A stretch of 60,926 bases of DNA, filler included. It is 4 parts of 4 records of this genome, joined end to end, with 100 filler letters (N's around TTAATTAATTAA, not from the genome) between each part and the next. Parts side by side here need not be neighbours in the genome. Positions count along the whole stretch, not along the records: positions 1 to 29,813 come from SRR20825010_2184; 3 more parts are not named here. One strand, 5' to 3'. Positions 9,895-18,685 of this stretch are shown here, one piece after another. Each line of letters begins with the position of its first letter. Position 1 is the first letter of the stretch. The position numbers were made by a program, and so were the translations under genes. The notes under the pieces are model-generated. The model did no database searches. It saw only the letters and a program-made list of their open reading frames with translations, and was not told where the DNA came from.

Positions 9895-10557
9895 TTAGTC
9901 TTCTCGGCGCAACGTAATCGATCCCGCAGTGTTAAGGCCTTTCCGCCATGATCTGTCAGTCCAGTAATGCCCCGAAAGCGCGGTCGGTGGCCCTTCCCCA
10001 CCCAAGCTGATTTCCAAGACAGCCGCACCTCGATGCACCCTCTCGTCGCCGTCTCCATGTTCAGGTGTTTGTTGCTCATAAATATATGAGATCTCGGCAA
10101 CATGCCGCTCTGGGTCCTTTTTCAAGCTGACAATCCGAGACGAAGATTTCCCGATATCAGAGACAAGCCGCACAGAAATCCGCAAGAAGCCTTGGTCAAT
10201 GCGAACTTTGACCGGGACAACGTGACTCCCTGAGCCATATTCTCCAATAGGGCCCGGTCGCTCTGCCTCCGGATTCCAGTTCGACCTAATTTCTCCATAC
10301 CAGTCACCATTAACATCGGGGAAGACTCGTTGATTCAAGCTGGGAAACAAGCACCAGAGCATTCGCCAACGCTTTGTGAGAAGGAGGGTTACGAAACTCA
10401 TCACCATGAAAGTTCCGCTGAAAGTGCGTAGAACCCCCACCACCGTCCAAGGCTCTGTTAAAACATGGCTATGGATGAGGATCACCAAGAGGATTGATGA
10501 AGCGCCCGACCACCCGAATATGGTCATCCATGATTTCAAGCCGAGGAGCTGCCACAT
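9895..10557 (-). CDS. cap15: CBASS Cap15-like effector (2 TM helices + beta-barrel, S-2TM-beta)
   Basis: Two N-terminal hydrophobic helices, then FPDVNGDWYG..SYIYE..HRGAAVL..LSGHYWTDR..TAGSITLRR; ATG at 10557 preferred to avoid overlap with the cyclase. Confidence 0.75.
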   Translation of the reverse strand: MWQLLGLKSWMTIFGWSGASSILLVILIHSHVLTEPWTVVGVLRTFSGTFMVMSFVTLLLTKRWRMLWCLFPSLNQRVFPDVNGDWYGEIRSNWNPEAERPGPIGEYGSGSHVVPVKVRIDQGFLRISVRLVSDIGKSSSRIVSLKKDPERHVAEISYIYEQQTPEHGDGDERVHRGAAVLEISLGGEGPPTALSGHYWTDRSWRKGLNTAGSITLRRED

Positions 10558-10566
10558 AACTACATC

Positions 10567-11907
10567 TTGAGGTTTACAGCTAACAAGATTCATGCATATA
10601 GTAATTCTCTCAACAATGGTACCGGAATTGCCGTGGCTTTCGCAACGTCCCATGACCTTGACACGAAGGTTGGAACTCCCCTTCTGAACCTGCATCCACT
10701 GTTCTTCGGGAACCGTCATCGTGGAGGTTTACTCTCTGCGCTTAACATCACCCCTAAACAAGATCAGGAACTGCGTCGTGCGCGGACGGAAATCCGGCAG
10801 GAGCTAAGAATAGCGGCAAGGTCCCCTGAAAGCTTTGGACTGGACCAATCTGAAGTGTTCAGAGGGTACGGAATCCTAGCCCGTCTGGACTTTAGCGAGA
10901 AAACTTTCCGACCCAGGTTCCTGACGCAGGGCAGCTACGTTTACAAGACGCTGAACAGCCCGTGTTGGGCGGCACAGGCAATTGATCTCGACGACGGTGT
11001 CTATTTTCCGATGAGCTTCCTTGATGTGGGGCAACCGGCACTTATGTCGAGCGCTCTTTTTAAGCTTGTCGAGAATGCCTTGGAGTCTTTGTGTCGTCGC
11101 AATAGTTGGACAATGACACGCAAAACGACGTGCGTTCGGATCCATCTTGACCCTGAAAGAACTGCGCACATTGATCTGCCGATTTATGCGATACCTGACC
11201 AAGAGTTCGAGCGCCTCGAAAAATCAGCTCAAACCGCCTTCGCTTCTGGCCACACAAATTTTAGAGAAGCGATGAATTATATTGGTCCAGAAATGAGGAT
11301 CGATCCCAATAGGGTAATGCTTGCACATCGTGAGGTCGGCTGGATTCCGTCTGATCCGCAAAAAATGAATGACTGGGTAAAGATCCAGATAGAGACTCAC
11401 GGAGAGAGTTTACGGCGGGCGTGGCGCTATCTTAAAGCGTGGCGAGACTTTCATTGGAATGACTCGAGCCTAGCATCAATCCACTTGATGGTCGCTGTGG
11501 CAAAAATTTTCGACGAACACAATGAGCAGTCGAACGACCGACCGCGCGATGATATTGACCTATATTTTTTAGCGACCCTGTTGCCGAATGTCCTGACATA
11601 CGCAGTCGAGAACCCAGTGGACAGAAGTCAACCATTCAGGTGCAGCGATCAGGATCATCTGATTGATCTAAAACAGCGCATGCATAGGCTTAGCGCGAAA
11701 TTATACAGCGCAGTCTATGAGACAGCACACAAGCAATTAGCTATCCAGACCATCGTAGATCAGTTTGGGGACAGAGTTCCTAACGACGAACTAATGGTAT
11801 CCAGCAATTTGGGTACACCAGCTGTCGTGTCGGATCGTGGACAAATACGGACAGCGATTGCGGCATCAGTTCCTATTGAAACTGTCAGAAAGACGCACGC
11901 CGGATAA
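10567..11907 (+). CDS. CD-NTase (cGAS/DncV-like nucleotidyltransferase); true start probably GTG ~10633 or CTG 10684
   Basis: PRFLTQGSYVYKTLN..IDLDDGVYFPMS, HIDLPIY, WIPSDP, RYLKAWRD; C-terminus ..KTHAG. Confidence 0.92.
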   Translation: MRFTANKIHAYSNSLNNGTGIAVAFATSHDLDTKVGTPLLNLHPLFFGNRHRGGLLSALNITPKQDQELRRARTEIRQELRIAARSPESFGLDQSEVFRGYGILARLDFSEKTFRPRFLTQGSYVYKTLNSPCWAAQAIDLDDGVYFPMSFLDVGQPALMSSALFKLVENALESLCRRNSWTMTRKTTCVRIHLDPERTAHIDLPIYAIPDQEFERLEKSAQTAFASGHTNFREAMNYIGPEMRIDPNRVMLAHREVGWIPSDPQKMNDWVKIQIETHGESLRRAWRYLKAWRDFHWNDSSLASIHLMVAVAKIFDEHNEQSNDRPRDDIDLYFLATLLPNVLTYAVENPVDRSQPFRCSDQDHLIDLKQRMHRLSAKLYSAVYETAHKQLAIQTIVDQFGDRVPNDELMVSSNLGTPAVVSDRGQIRTAIAASVPIETVRKTHAG

Positions 11908-11915
11908 AACGCGCT

Positions 11916-13613
11916 ATGATGATGCTGGCGGATAAGGAAACACTAGCAATTCGACATATCCACGCCACGTTGAAAGCGCGTGGCTACAAGCGTAAGACAG
12001 ACGAGACCGTTCATGCGTGGGTCGGAAGCGAGAAAATTCTAGGCAAAACCGTAGACCTTGCAATAATAGTAACTGACCCACTCTTTGCCGATCTTCCAAT
12101 AATCGTCCTAATAAACCCGACAACAGAGATCCGCGCTCATGTATTGAGCAGCGGCTCCATATGTTATGCTGCAGATGCCTCTCTTGTTCTTGACCCCGAT
12201 AATCCAGGTGGATCTGTCTTACGATGCATTGAACAAGCGAAAGAAACGTTAGAACTAGCAGATAATATTTCGTCAAACGCAGAGATTCGAGCCGAGTTTG
12301 GCGCTTATTGGGCTGGTCGAACAGTATTTATAGAGTTTGAATCTAAAAAAAATTCAGCCACTCACTATATTGTAGATTGTAATAATGGAAAAACTGTATC
12401 TCTGATATCTTCGGACATCTCTACAGCTCATTTCCTTGCAAGTCGTCATAAATCTGTGGTGCAGCAGTTAGGAAAAGTATCAATACTCCATATGGATCAA
12501 GACCTAGATGTCGGCGGAGTATCGTTCCCCCCGCAAAATTTACAGGAATTGACGGATTGGATCCATGCAGCTGCCCCAAACTACTTGAATACATTGCAGA
12601 ATCTATTGCTCCCAGATGCAGGACCAAAGGAAACGTATATTGTCGCTCGAAATATAACTCTAGGCGTCCTAGTAGAGTTACCTAATGATATCAAGCAAAG
12701 TAGAAAAAAAGGATTCCGTAATGACTTTTGGAAACGTGCAACTAAAAAAAGGCCGGGTGACTTCAAAATTCAACGTTATACGGGACTCCGAGTTGACGAG
12801 GAATACCGCTTCACACGAAATCTGGATGACTCTGATCAAGAACGTAGCCCGCCTCGATCGCTAGAAAATAAAAAAATTGCCTTGATAGGAATTGGGTCCA
12901 TCGGTGGTTATTTGGCTCAAGCATTGACACGCTCTGGAGCCGGAGCAGGAAAAAGCGGGGAGTTGGCATTATTCGACCCCGACGTACTTTTCCCCGCGAA
13001 TCTCGGACGTCATTTGCTATCTTTTGAAGACCTTGCACGCCCTAAAGCCGAGCAAGTCGCGAACCGGCTCTCTGTTGAGGCTCCAAGACTGAATGTAATT
13101 TCTCACGTAATAAATGCACTGACACGAATTGACAGCCTCCGGCATTTCGACCTGGTTATTGATGCGACAGGCGAAGAGCGTGTCAGCCTTGCCCTGAATT
13201 CGTACAAGCAGAATCGCCGAAGTTCGGACAAGCCGCTCCCGCCGATCCTTCATTGCTGGCTTATAGGTAACGGAGCATCATCCCAAACCTTTTTTAATGG
13301 CATGGATAGCAAGGCTTGCTTTCGTTGCTTAAGACCAGACTTGGCCAAGCAAGCGCGCTACTGGCCACTGAAAGACGGAGCGGAGCAAATCTTAAAACTG
13401 CCGCAAGACGGATGCGGAGGAGCGTTTGTCGCCTATTCTGTTTCTGCTCCCATGATCGCCGCAGGTCTGGCATTGGAAGCTGTTCTCGATTGGGCCAGAG
13501 GCTCACCGCACCCCGCCTTACGAACACTCAACATCGACCCGACGCGCACCCAGCCCAAGAAGCATGTTAGCCCTGAACGACATCCGAATTGCCCCGCATG
13601 TAAAGGGCTTTAG
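11916..13613 (+). CDS. cap2: CBASS Cap2-like E2-E1 (ThiF) fusion
   Basis: E2-like AHVLSSGSICY; E1 IGIGSIGG, FDPD..NLGRH, IDATG, CFRC/CPAC zinc pairs, GCGG; 8 nt downstream of the CD-NTase. Confidence 0.88.
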   Translation: MMMLADKETLAIRHIHATLKARGYKRKTDETVHAWVGSEKILGKTVDLAIIVTDPLFADLPIIVLINPTTEIRAHVLSSGSICYAADASLVLDPDNPGGSVLRCIEQAKETLELADNISSNAEIRAEFGAYWAGRTVFIEFESKKNSATHYIVDCNNGKTVSLISSDISTAHFLASRHKSVVQQLGKVSILHMDQDLDVGGVSFPPQNLQELTDWIHAAAPNYLNTLQNLLLPDAGPKETYIVARNITLGVLVELPNDIKQSRKKGFRNDFWKRATKKRPGDFKIQRYTGLRVDEEYRFTRNLDDSDQERSPPRSLENKKIALIGIGSIGGYLAQALTRSGAGAGKSGELALFDPDVLFPANLGRHLLSFEDLARPKAEQVANRLSVEAPRLNVISHVINALTRIDSLRHFDLVIDATGEERVSLALNSYKQNRRSSDKPLPPILHCWLIGNGASSQTFFNGMDSKACFRCLRPDLAKQARYWPLKDGAEQILKLPQDGCGGAFVAYSVSAPMIAAGLALEAVLDWARGSPHPALRTLNIDPTRTQPKKHVSPERHPNCPACKGL

Positions 13614-13788
13614 CCTGCCTCGAACGCCCACCGGCAACTCTTAATTCAATCGCAGCAGGCTTCCATTACCCCCCATCCTCGGCCACCACACCCAACCTCA
13701 ATCCAAACACACCCCCGCTGCGGAATGCGCTACCCTCTGCCTAAACTGACCAGCCCGTTCCAATAGCGTCCCGGAGAGAGAGCCCTCC

Positions 13789-15111
13789 ATGCACCCCATA
13801 ATCCTCTTCACCGGCTATCTCCTCATCACGATCACCCCACTGCTCCTCGGCGCGCTCCAGAACCTTCCCCCGCGCCCCCTGCTGGATGAGATCGCCTCCG
13901 GGCTTGGCATGACGGCGTTTGCCATTTTGCTGGTGGAGTTCGTGCTGTCGGGGCGGTTCCGGGCGATTTCGGGGCGGATCGGGATGGATGTGACCATGCG
14001 GTTTCACCAGCTCGTGGCGCGCACGGCGCTGATATTCGTGCTTGTTCACCCCTATCTCTACAGCGCGGAGTTTCTTGGCACGCCGCTGCCGTGGGACCCG
14101 ACGGGGCAATTCACGCTCGGCCTCGATGCCGGCTCGCTGATCACCGGGCTGATCGCCTGGGTGGCGTTGCCGTGCTTCGTGCTGATGTCGATTTTCCGGG
14201 ACCAGTTGCCGTATCGCTACGAGGTCTGGCGGGCGATGCATGCCGTGGGTGCGGTGGTGATCGCGGCGGCGGTGACGCATCACGCGCTTGAGGCGGGGCG
14301 GTACAGTGCCGATCCGTTGCTCGCCGGGTTCTGGCTTGTGCTGCTTGCCCTCGCCCTTGCCTCGCTGGTCTGGACCTATGCGATCGCGCCGCTCGGGGAA
14401 GCGCGCCGGCCCTACGAGGTCACCTCGGTCAGGAAGATCGCGCTCAGGACATGGGAGCTTGCCCTGCGGCCCCGGCGCGGGGACGCACTCGCCTTCGAGG
14501 CGGGGCAGTTCGCCTGGCTCAAGCTGGGGCACAGCCCGTTCTCATTGCAGGAAAACCCATTCTCGATCAGCTCGGCCCCGGCCGACCGCCCCGATGTCCG
14601 CTTCGTCATCAAGGAAGCCGGGGATTCCACCCGGCATATCGGAGACGTTGCGCCGGGCACCGTCGCGTATCTCGGCAATGCGCATGGCAATCTCACGCTC
14701 AAGGGACGCACGGGAACGGGCATCGCGCTGATCGCCGGCGGGGTCGGCATCGCGCCGCTGCTCTCCATCGCGCGGCAGCTGCGCGCCGAAGATGACCCGC
14801 GCCCGATGATTCTGCTCTACGGCAACCGCACCGAAGAGCAGATCGTCTACGCGGAGGAGCTGGAAGCGCTTTCCGGGCGCCCGAACACAGAGGTCATCCA
14901 CGTCCTCGCGGAGCCCGCGCCGGGCTGGGCCGGACGGGTCGGGCTGATCGACCGGGAGACCATCGGGCAGGTCTTCACAGCGGAAGACGCGTGCGACTGG
15001 CTCTATATCCTGTGCGGGCCGCCGGCCATGCTGGAGAGCGTCGAAGACGCCCTGCTGGCGCACGGGGTTCCGGCGAAGCAGATTATCGCCGAGCAGTTCT
15101 ATTATGATTAG
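13789..15111 (+). CDS. Ferric reductase-like transmembrane domain + FAD/NAD-binding (FNR-like) oxidoreductase
   Basis: TM helices with His pairs, ENPFSISS, IAGGVGIAP, LYGNR, LCGPP, C-terminal EQF. Confidence 0.88.
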   Translation: MHPIILFTGYLLITITPLLLGALQNLPPRPLLDEIASGLGMTAFAILLVEFVLSGRFRAISGRIGMDVTMRFHQLVARTALIFVLVHPYLYSAEFLGTPLPWDPTGQFTLGLDAGSLITGLIAWVALPCFVLMSIFRDQLPYRYEVWRAMHAVGAVVIAAAVTHHALEAGRYSADPLLAGFWLVLLALALASLVWTYAIAPLGEARRPYEVTSVRKIALRTWELALRPRRGDALAFEAGQFAWLKLGHSPFSLQENPFSISSAPADRPDVRFVIKEAGDSTRHIGDVAPGTVAYLGNAHGNLTLKGRTGTGIALIAGGVGIAPLLSIARQLRAEDDPRPMILLYGNRTEEQIVYAEELEALSGRPNTEVIHVLAEPAPGWAGRVGLIDRETIGQVFTAEDACDWLYILCGPPAMLESVEDALLAHGVPAKQIIAEQFYYD

Positions 15112-15123
15112 GGGGCTGGGCTC

Positions 15124-15210
15124 ATGAAGTTGCGACACAGAATCCAGGCCGGTGTCTGGGGGACCAGCGCCCTGATCCTCCTCGCCGTTCTGGTCTTCGC
15201 ACTGCGGTAG
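15124..15210 (+). CDS. Putative 28-aa single-pass membrane peptide
   Basis: MKLRHRIQAGVWGTSALILLAVLVFALR*; G-rich leader; 12 nt after the reductase stop; followed by a hairpin. Confidence 0.45.
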   Translation: MKLRHRIQAGVWGTSALILLAVLVFALR

Positions 15211-15212
15211 GG

Positions 15213-15243
15213 TCCGGCCCGCCGCAAATCACAACGGGCCGGA
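15213..15243. terminator. Hairpin between convergent genes
   Basis: TCCGGCCCG..CGGGCCGGA 9-bp inverted repeat. Confidence 0.45.
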
Positions 15244-15258
15244 GGATATGGGCCGGCC

Positions 15259-16140
15259 TCACGCCACCTCGTGATTGCCGAGCATTTCCAGCGCCTTCAC
15301 CATCGCAGAATGGTCCCACGCGCTGCCGCCATGCGCCGCGCAGGCGTTGAAGAGTTCCTGCGCCGTCGCCGTGTTCGGCAGGCTGATGCCCATTTCACGG
15401 GCGTTGGAGAGGGCGAGGTTCAGGTCCTTCTGGTGCAGCTCGATCCGGAAGCCCGGGTCGAAGGTGCGCTTCACCATGCGGTCGCCATGCAGCTCCAGGA
15501 TCTTCGACGAGGCGAAGCCGCCCATCAGGGCCTCGCGCACCTTGGCCGGGTCGGCGCCCGCCTTGGAGGCGAACAGCAGGGCCTCGCCGACCGCTTCGAT
15601 GGTCAGCGCGACGATGATCTGGTTGGAGACCTTGCAGGTCTGCCCGTCGCCATTGCCGCCGACCAAAGTGATGTTGCCGCCCATCAGCTCGAACAGAGGC
15701 TTCACTCTTGCGAACGCCTCTTCGGAGCCGCCGCACATGATGGTCAGGCTTGCCGCCTTGGCGCCGACCTCGCCGCCCGATACCGGCGCATCGATATAGT
15801 CGCAGCCGAGCGCGTTGATCCTGGCCGCGAACTCCTTCGTCGCCAGCGGCGAGATGGAGCTCATGTCGACGACGGTCTTGCCCTTGGTCAGCGCACCAGC
15901 GATGCCGTTCTCGCTGAACAGCACTTCCTCCACCTGCGGCGTGTCCGGCACCATGATGAAGATGGTGTCAGCCTCGGCAGTCACGTCCGCCGCCGTGACG
16001 CAGGCCTTGCCGCCGGCATCGATCAGCTCTTTCGGCACCTGGCCAAGCGTGTTCAGGAACACCTCGTGCCCCGCCGCGATCAGGTGTCCCGCCATCGGGG
16101 TGCCCATGATGCCAAGTCCGACAAATCCAAGTTTAGCCAT
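15259..16140 (-). CDS. glxR: 2-hydroxy-3-oxopropionate (tartronate semialdehyde) reductase
   Basis: GFVGLGIMG, DAPVSGGEVGAKAASLTIM, GDGQTCKV, GFRIELHQKDL. Confidence 0.9.
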   Translation of the reverse strand: MAKLGFVGLGIMGTPMAGHLIAAGHEVFLNTLGQVPKELIDAGGKACVTAADVTAEADTIFIMVPDTPQVEEVLFSENGIAGALTKGKTVVDMSSISPLATKEFAARINALGCDYIDAPVSGGEVGAKAASLTIMCGGSEEAFARVKPLFELMGGNITLVGGNGDGQTCKVSNQIIVALTIEAVGEALLFASKAGADPAKVREALMGGFASSKILELHGDRMVKRTFDPGFRIELHQKDLNLALSNAREMGISLPNTATAQELFNACAAHGGSAWDHSAMVKALEMLGNHEVA

Positions 16141-16230
16141 CTGTTCGTCTCCATCCTTTGACTATATGCCGCGCAATTTTCCGCGCTTTTCTCCGGTGTT
16201 GCGCCGGAGCCTATCAAAAACCGGCAGCGC

Positions 16231-17241
16231 TTAACCAGCCATGCCGAATTCCTTCGCCAGCAGCTCATAACTCCGCCGCCGCACGCCCTCGTCATGGGCC
16301 CAGGTCACCACCGCGATTTCCTCGATACCAAGCCGCGTGGCCAGCGCGCGAATGCGTTCTGCCACAATGTCCGGCGTGCCGACCATGGCAACCTGGCGGA
16401 GCTGTTCCATCCGGGCGATCTCGCTTTCCGAATAGGCGGCATTTACCGCCGTCTCCGCGCTTTCCAGCGCCGTATAACGGCCCCGGTCGCGATAGAGCTG
16501 CCAGCGGGCGCGGGAGGCGAAATGATAGTGCGCCTCTTCTTCGGTTTCCGCCGCCAGTGCCCAGACGCAGATGCCGGGGCAGGGTTCCGGGAAGCGCTCG
16601 CTCGGCTGATAGCGGTCGCGATAGATCTGGATCGCTTCCGGGCCGCCCTGCCCTTCGGTGAAGAACCAGGCAAAGCTGTAGGGCAGGCCGAAATGCGCCG
16701 CCACCTGGGCGCCGTAAAGCGAGCTGCCGAGCATCCAGATCTCGGGCGACGTGTCGCCCTGCGGGTTGGCCTGGACGGCAGCGAACGGGTGGCCTTCCGG
16801 CAAGGGCTGACCGCTGACCCAGGCCGCCAGATCCTGCACGTCGTTCGGAAACTCGGCCGGACGTTCGGCGGCGGCGGGGTTGAGGGCAAGCGAGGTCCGT
16901 CCGTCGGTTCCCGGCGCCCGGCCAAGGCCGAGATCGATCCGGCCCGGCGCAAAGGCTTCCAGCACGCGGAACTGCTCGGCCACCTTCAGCGGCGCATAGT
17001 GCGGCAGCATCACGCCTGCGGAGCCAAGCCGGATGCGGTTTGTCCGCATGGCGATCCCGGCCAGCAGGATTTCCGGCGCGGTGCCGACAATAGTCGGGTG
17101 GGAATGATGCTCCGACACCCAGAAGCGCTTGTAGCCAAGGCTCTCGCACAGCTCGGCCATGGCGACGGTATCGCGGATGGTCTGGCCGTGCGACTTGCCG
17201 ACGCCGGCAACGGACTGGTCGAGTACGGAAAGATGCAGCAA
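16231..17241 (-). CDS. LLM-class (luciferase-like) flavin-dependent oxidoreductase
   Basis: LSVLDQS, FWVSEHH, GSAGVMLPHY, RIDLGLGRAPG; TTG start after AAGGAG. Confidence 0.88.
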   Translation of the reverse strand: MLHLSVLDQSVAGVGKSHGQTIRDTVAMAELCESLGYKRFWVSEHHSHPTIVGTAPEILLAGIAMRTNRIRLGSAGVMLPHYAPLKVAEQFRVLEAFAPGRIDLGLGRAPGTDGRTSLALNPAAAERPAEFPNDVQDLAAWVSGQPLPEGHPFAAVQANPQGDTSPEIWMLGSSLYGAQVAAHFGLPYSFAWFFTEGQGGPEAIQIYRDRYQPSERFPEPCPGICVWALAAETEEEAHYHFASRARWQLYRDRGRYTALESAETAVNAAYSESEIARMEQLRQVAMVGTPDIVAERIRALATRLGIEEIAVVTWAHDEGVRRRSYELLAKEFGMAG

Positions 17242-17546
17242 GGGCAGGCTCCTTCTGGCGAGAGCTTCGGAAAATGCGGAGGGCAAGCATAGAGGGTTTA
17301 GCGCCGGCTCTCCTTGCCGATCCGCCACGAGACTGTTCCCGCCCGCAACCTTGCCGCATCCGCGCCGCGTCACCAACCCGTGCCGCACACCCTTGCCGCA
17401 GGGCGGAAATCCGGCGGAAACCCGGCGCATTCCGCTGGCGCCCGCGATCCACTATCCCTAGTCTTGCATCGCTCTTCTTCCCGGCAGCCGCGCGCCGGGT
17501 ATACTCCCCCTCTGGTCACTTCAGGCAAGGCTCCCGCCCGCAGATA

Positions 17547-18665
17547 ATGAACGACACACCGGACACGCCCCCACCCGTACCAAAACCCCGCAGGCGCTGG
17601 GTCCGCACGCTGATCCGCGTCACGCTGCTCGCCCTTATCGCCGTGATCGCCTTTGAGGCCGGGGCCTGGTGGTACGCGAAGACAGGGCGCTACGTGACGA
17701 CCGAGAACGCCTATGTGAAGGCGCCGGTGATCGCCGTCAGCCCGAATATCGACGGCCGCGCGGTCGAGGTCCTTGTCGGCGACAACCAGCCGGTGGCGGA
17801 AGGCGCGGTGCTGTTCCGCATAGATCCGGCGCCCTACCAGGTGCAGCTCAAAATGGCGGAGGCCCGGCGTGCGGCCGTTCTGAACGAGCTGCGCGCGACC
17901 CGGGCCGAGCTCGGGCAGATCTCCGCCCAGATGGCCGAGGTCGGCCCGCAGGTGAAATTCTTCGCCAAGGAAGTCGCCCGGCAGCAGCGGCTGGTGAACA
18001 GCCTCGCCGGCACCGAAGCGAAGCTCGACGAGATGCTGATGGAACAGGAGATGGCCGAGCAACGCCTGCGCTCGCTCCGGGAGAAACGCGAGGTCGTGCT
18101 GGCAAAGCTCGGCGGCACGCCGGACCGGCCGGTCGAGACCCATCCGATGGTGCTGGAAATGGAGGCGGAGATCGAGCGGGTACGGCTCGACCTTGCCTAT
18201 ACCGAGATCACCGCGCCGGTCAGCGGCATCGCCACCCGCATGACATTGCAGGCCGGGGAATGGGTCGAGGCCGACACGCCGACCTTCGGCATCATCGGCA
18301 CCGGGGCAACCTGGATCGAAGCCAACCTGAAGGAAACCCAGCTCGGCGCCATCGAAATCGGCCAGCCCGTCGAGATCCGCATCGACGCTTATCCCGATGC
18401 GGTCTGGTCCGGCACCATCGAAAGCCTGAGCCCGGCCACGGGGGCCGAATTCTCGGCCCTGCCGCCGCAGAATGCCTCCGGCAACTGGGTCAAGGTGGTG
18501 CAACGCCTGCCGGTGCGGATCGCCGTCACGCAGGATCCCGACCTGCCACAGCTCCGGGCCGGGATGAGCGCGGCGATTTCCGTCGATACCGGACACAAGC
18601 GCAACCTTGGCGACACTCTGCGGGATCTCGCCAGCACATGGCTCGGGCAGGCCCGGGCGGAGTGA
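17547..18665 (+). CDS. EmrA/HlyD-family membrane fusion protein
   Basis: TTENAYV, ITAPVSG, EANLKETQL, LPPQNASGNWVKVVQRLPV. Confidence 0.9.
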   Translation: MNDTPDTPPPVPKPRRRWVRTLIRVTLLALIAVIAFEAGAWWYAKTGRYVTTENAYVKAPVIAVSPNIDGRAVEVLVGDNQPVAEGAVLFRIDPAPYQVQLKMAEARRAAVLNELRATRAELGQISAQMAEVGPQVKFFAKEVARQQRLVNSLAGTEAKLDEMLMEQEMAEQRLRSLREKREVVLAKLGGTPDRPVETHPMVLEMEAEIERVRLDLAYTEITAPVSGIATRMTLQAGEWVEADTPTFGIIGTGATWIEANLKETQLGAIEIGQPVEIRIDAYPDAVWSGTIESLSPATGAEFSALPPQNASGNWVKVVQRLPVRIAVTQDPDLPQLRAGMSAAISVDTGHKRNLGDTLRDLASTWLGQARAE

Positions 18666-18685
18666 TCCGCCTCCGGCCGTAAAGC

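Noticed and set aside
9672-9917. Small ORFs beside CBASS as extra system components
   Set aside because: Explained as a remnant of the hydroxyacyl-CoA dehydrogenase gene
10558-10719. Apparent head-to-head overlap of the cap15 and CD-NTase ORFs
   Set aside because: It disappears using ATG 10557 for cap15 and a downstream cyclase start; the extensions show no family-like sequence
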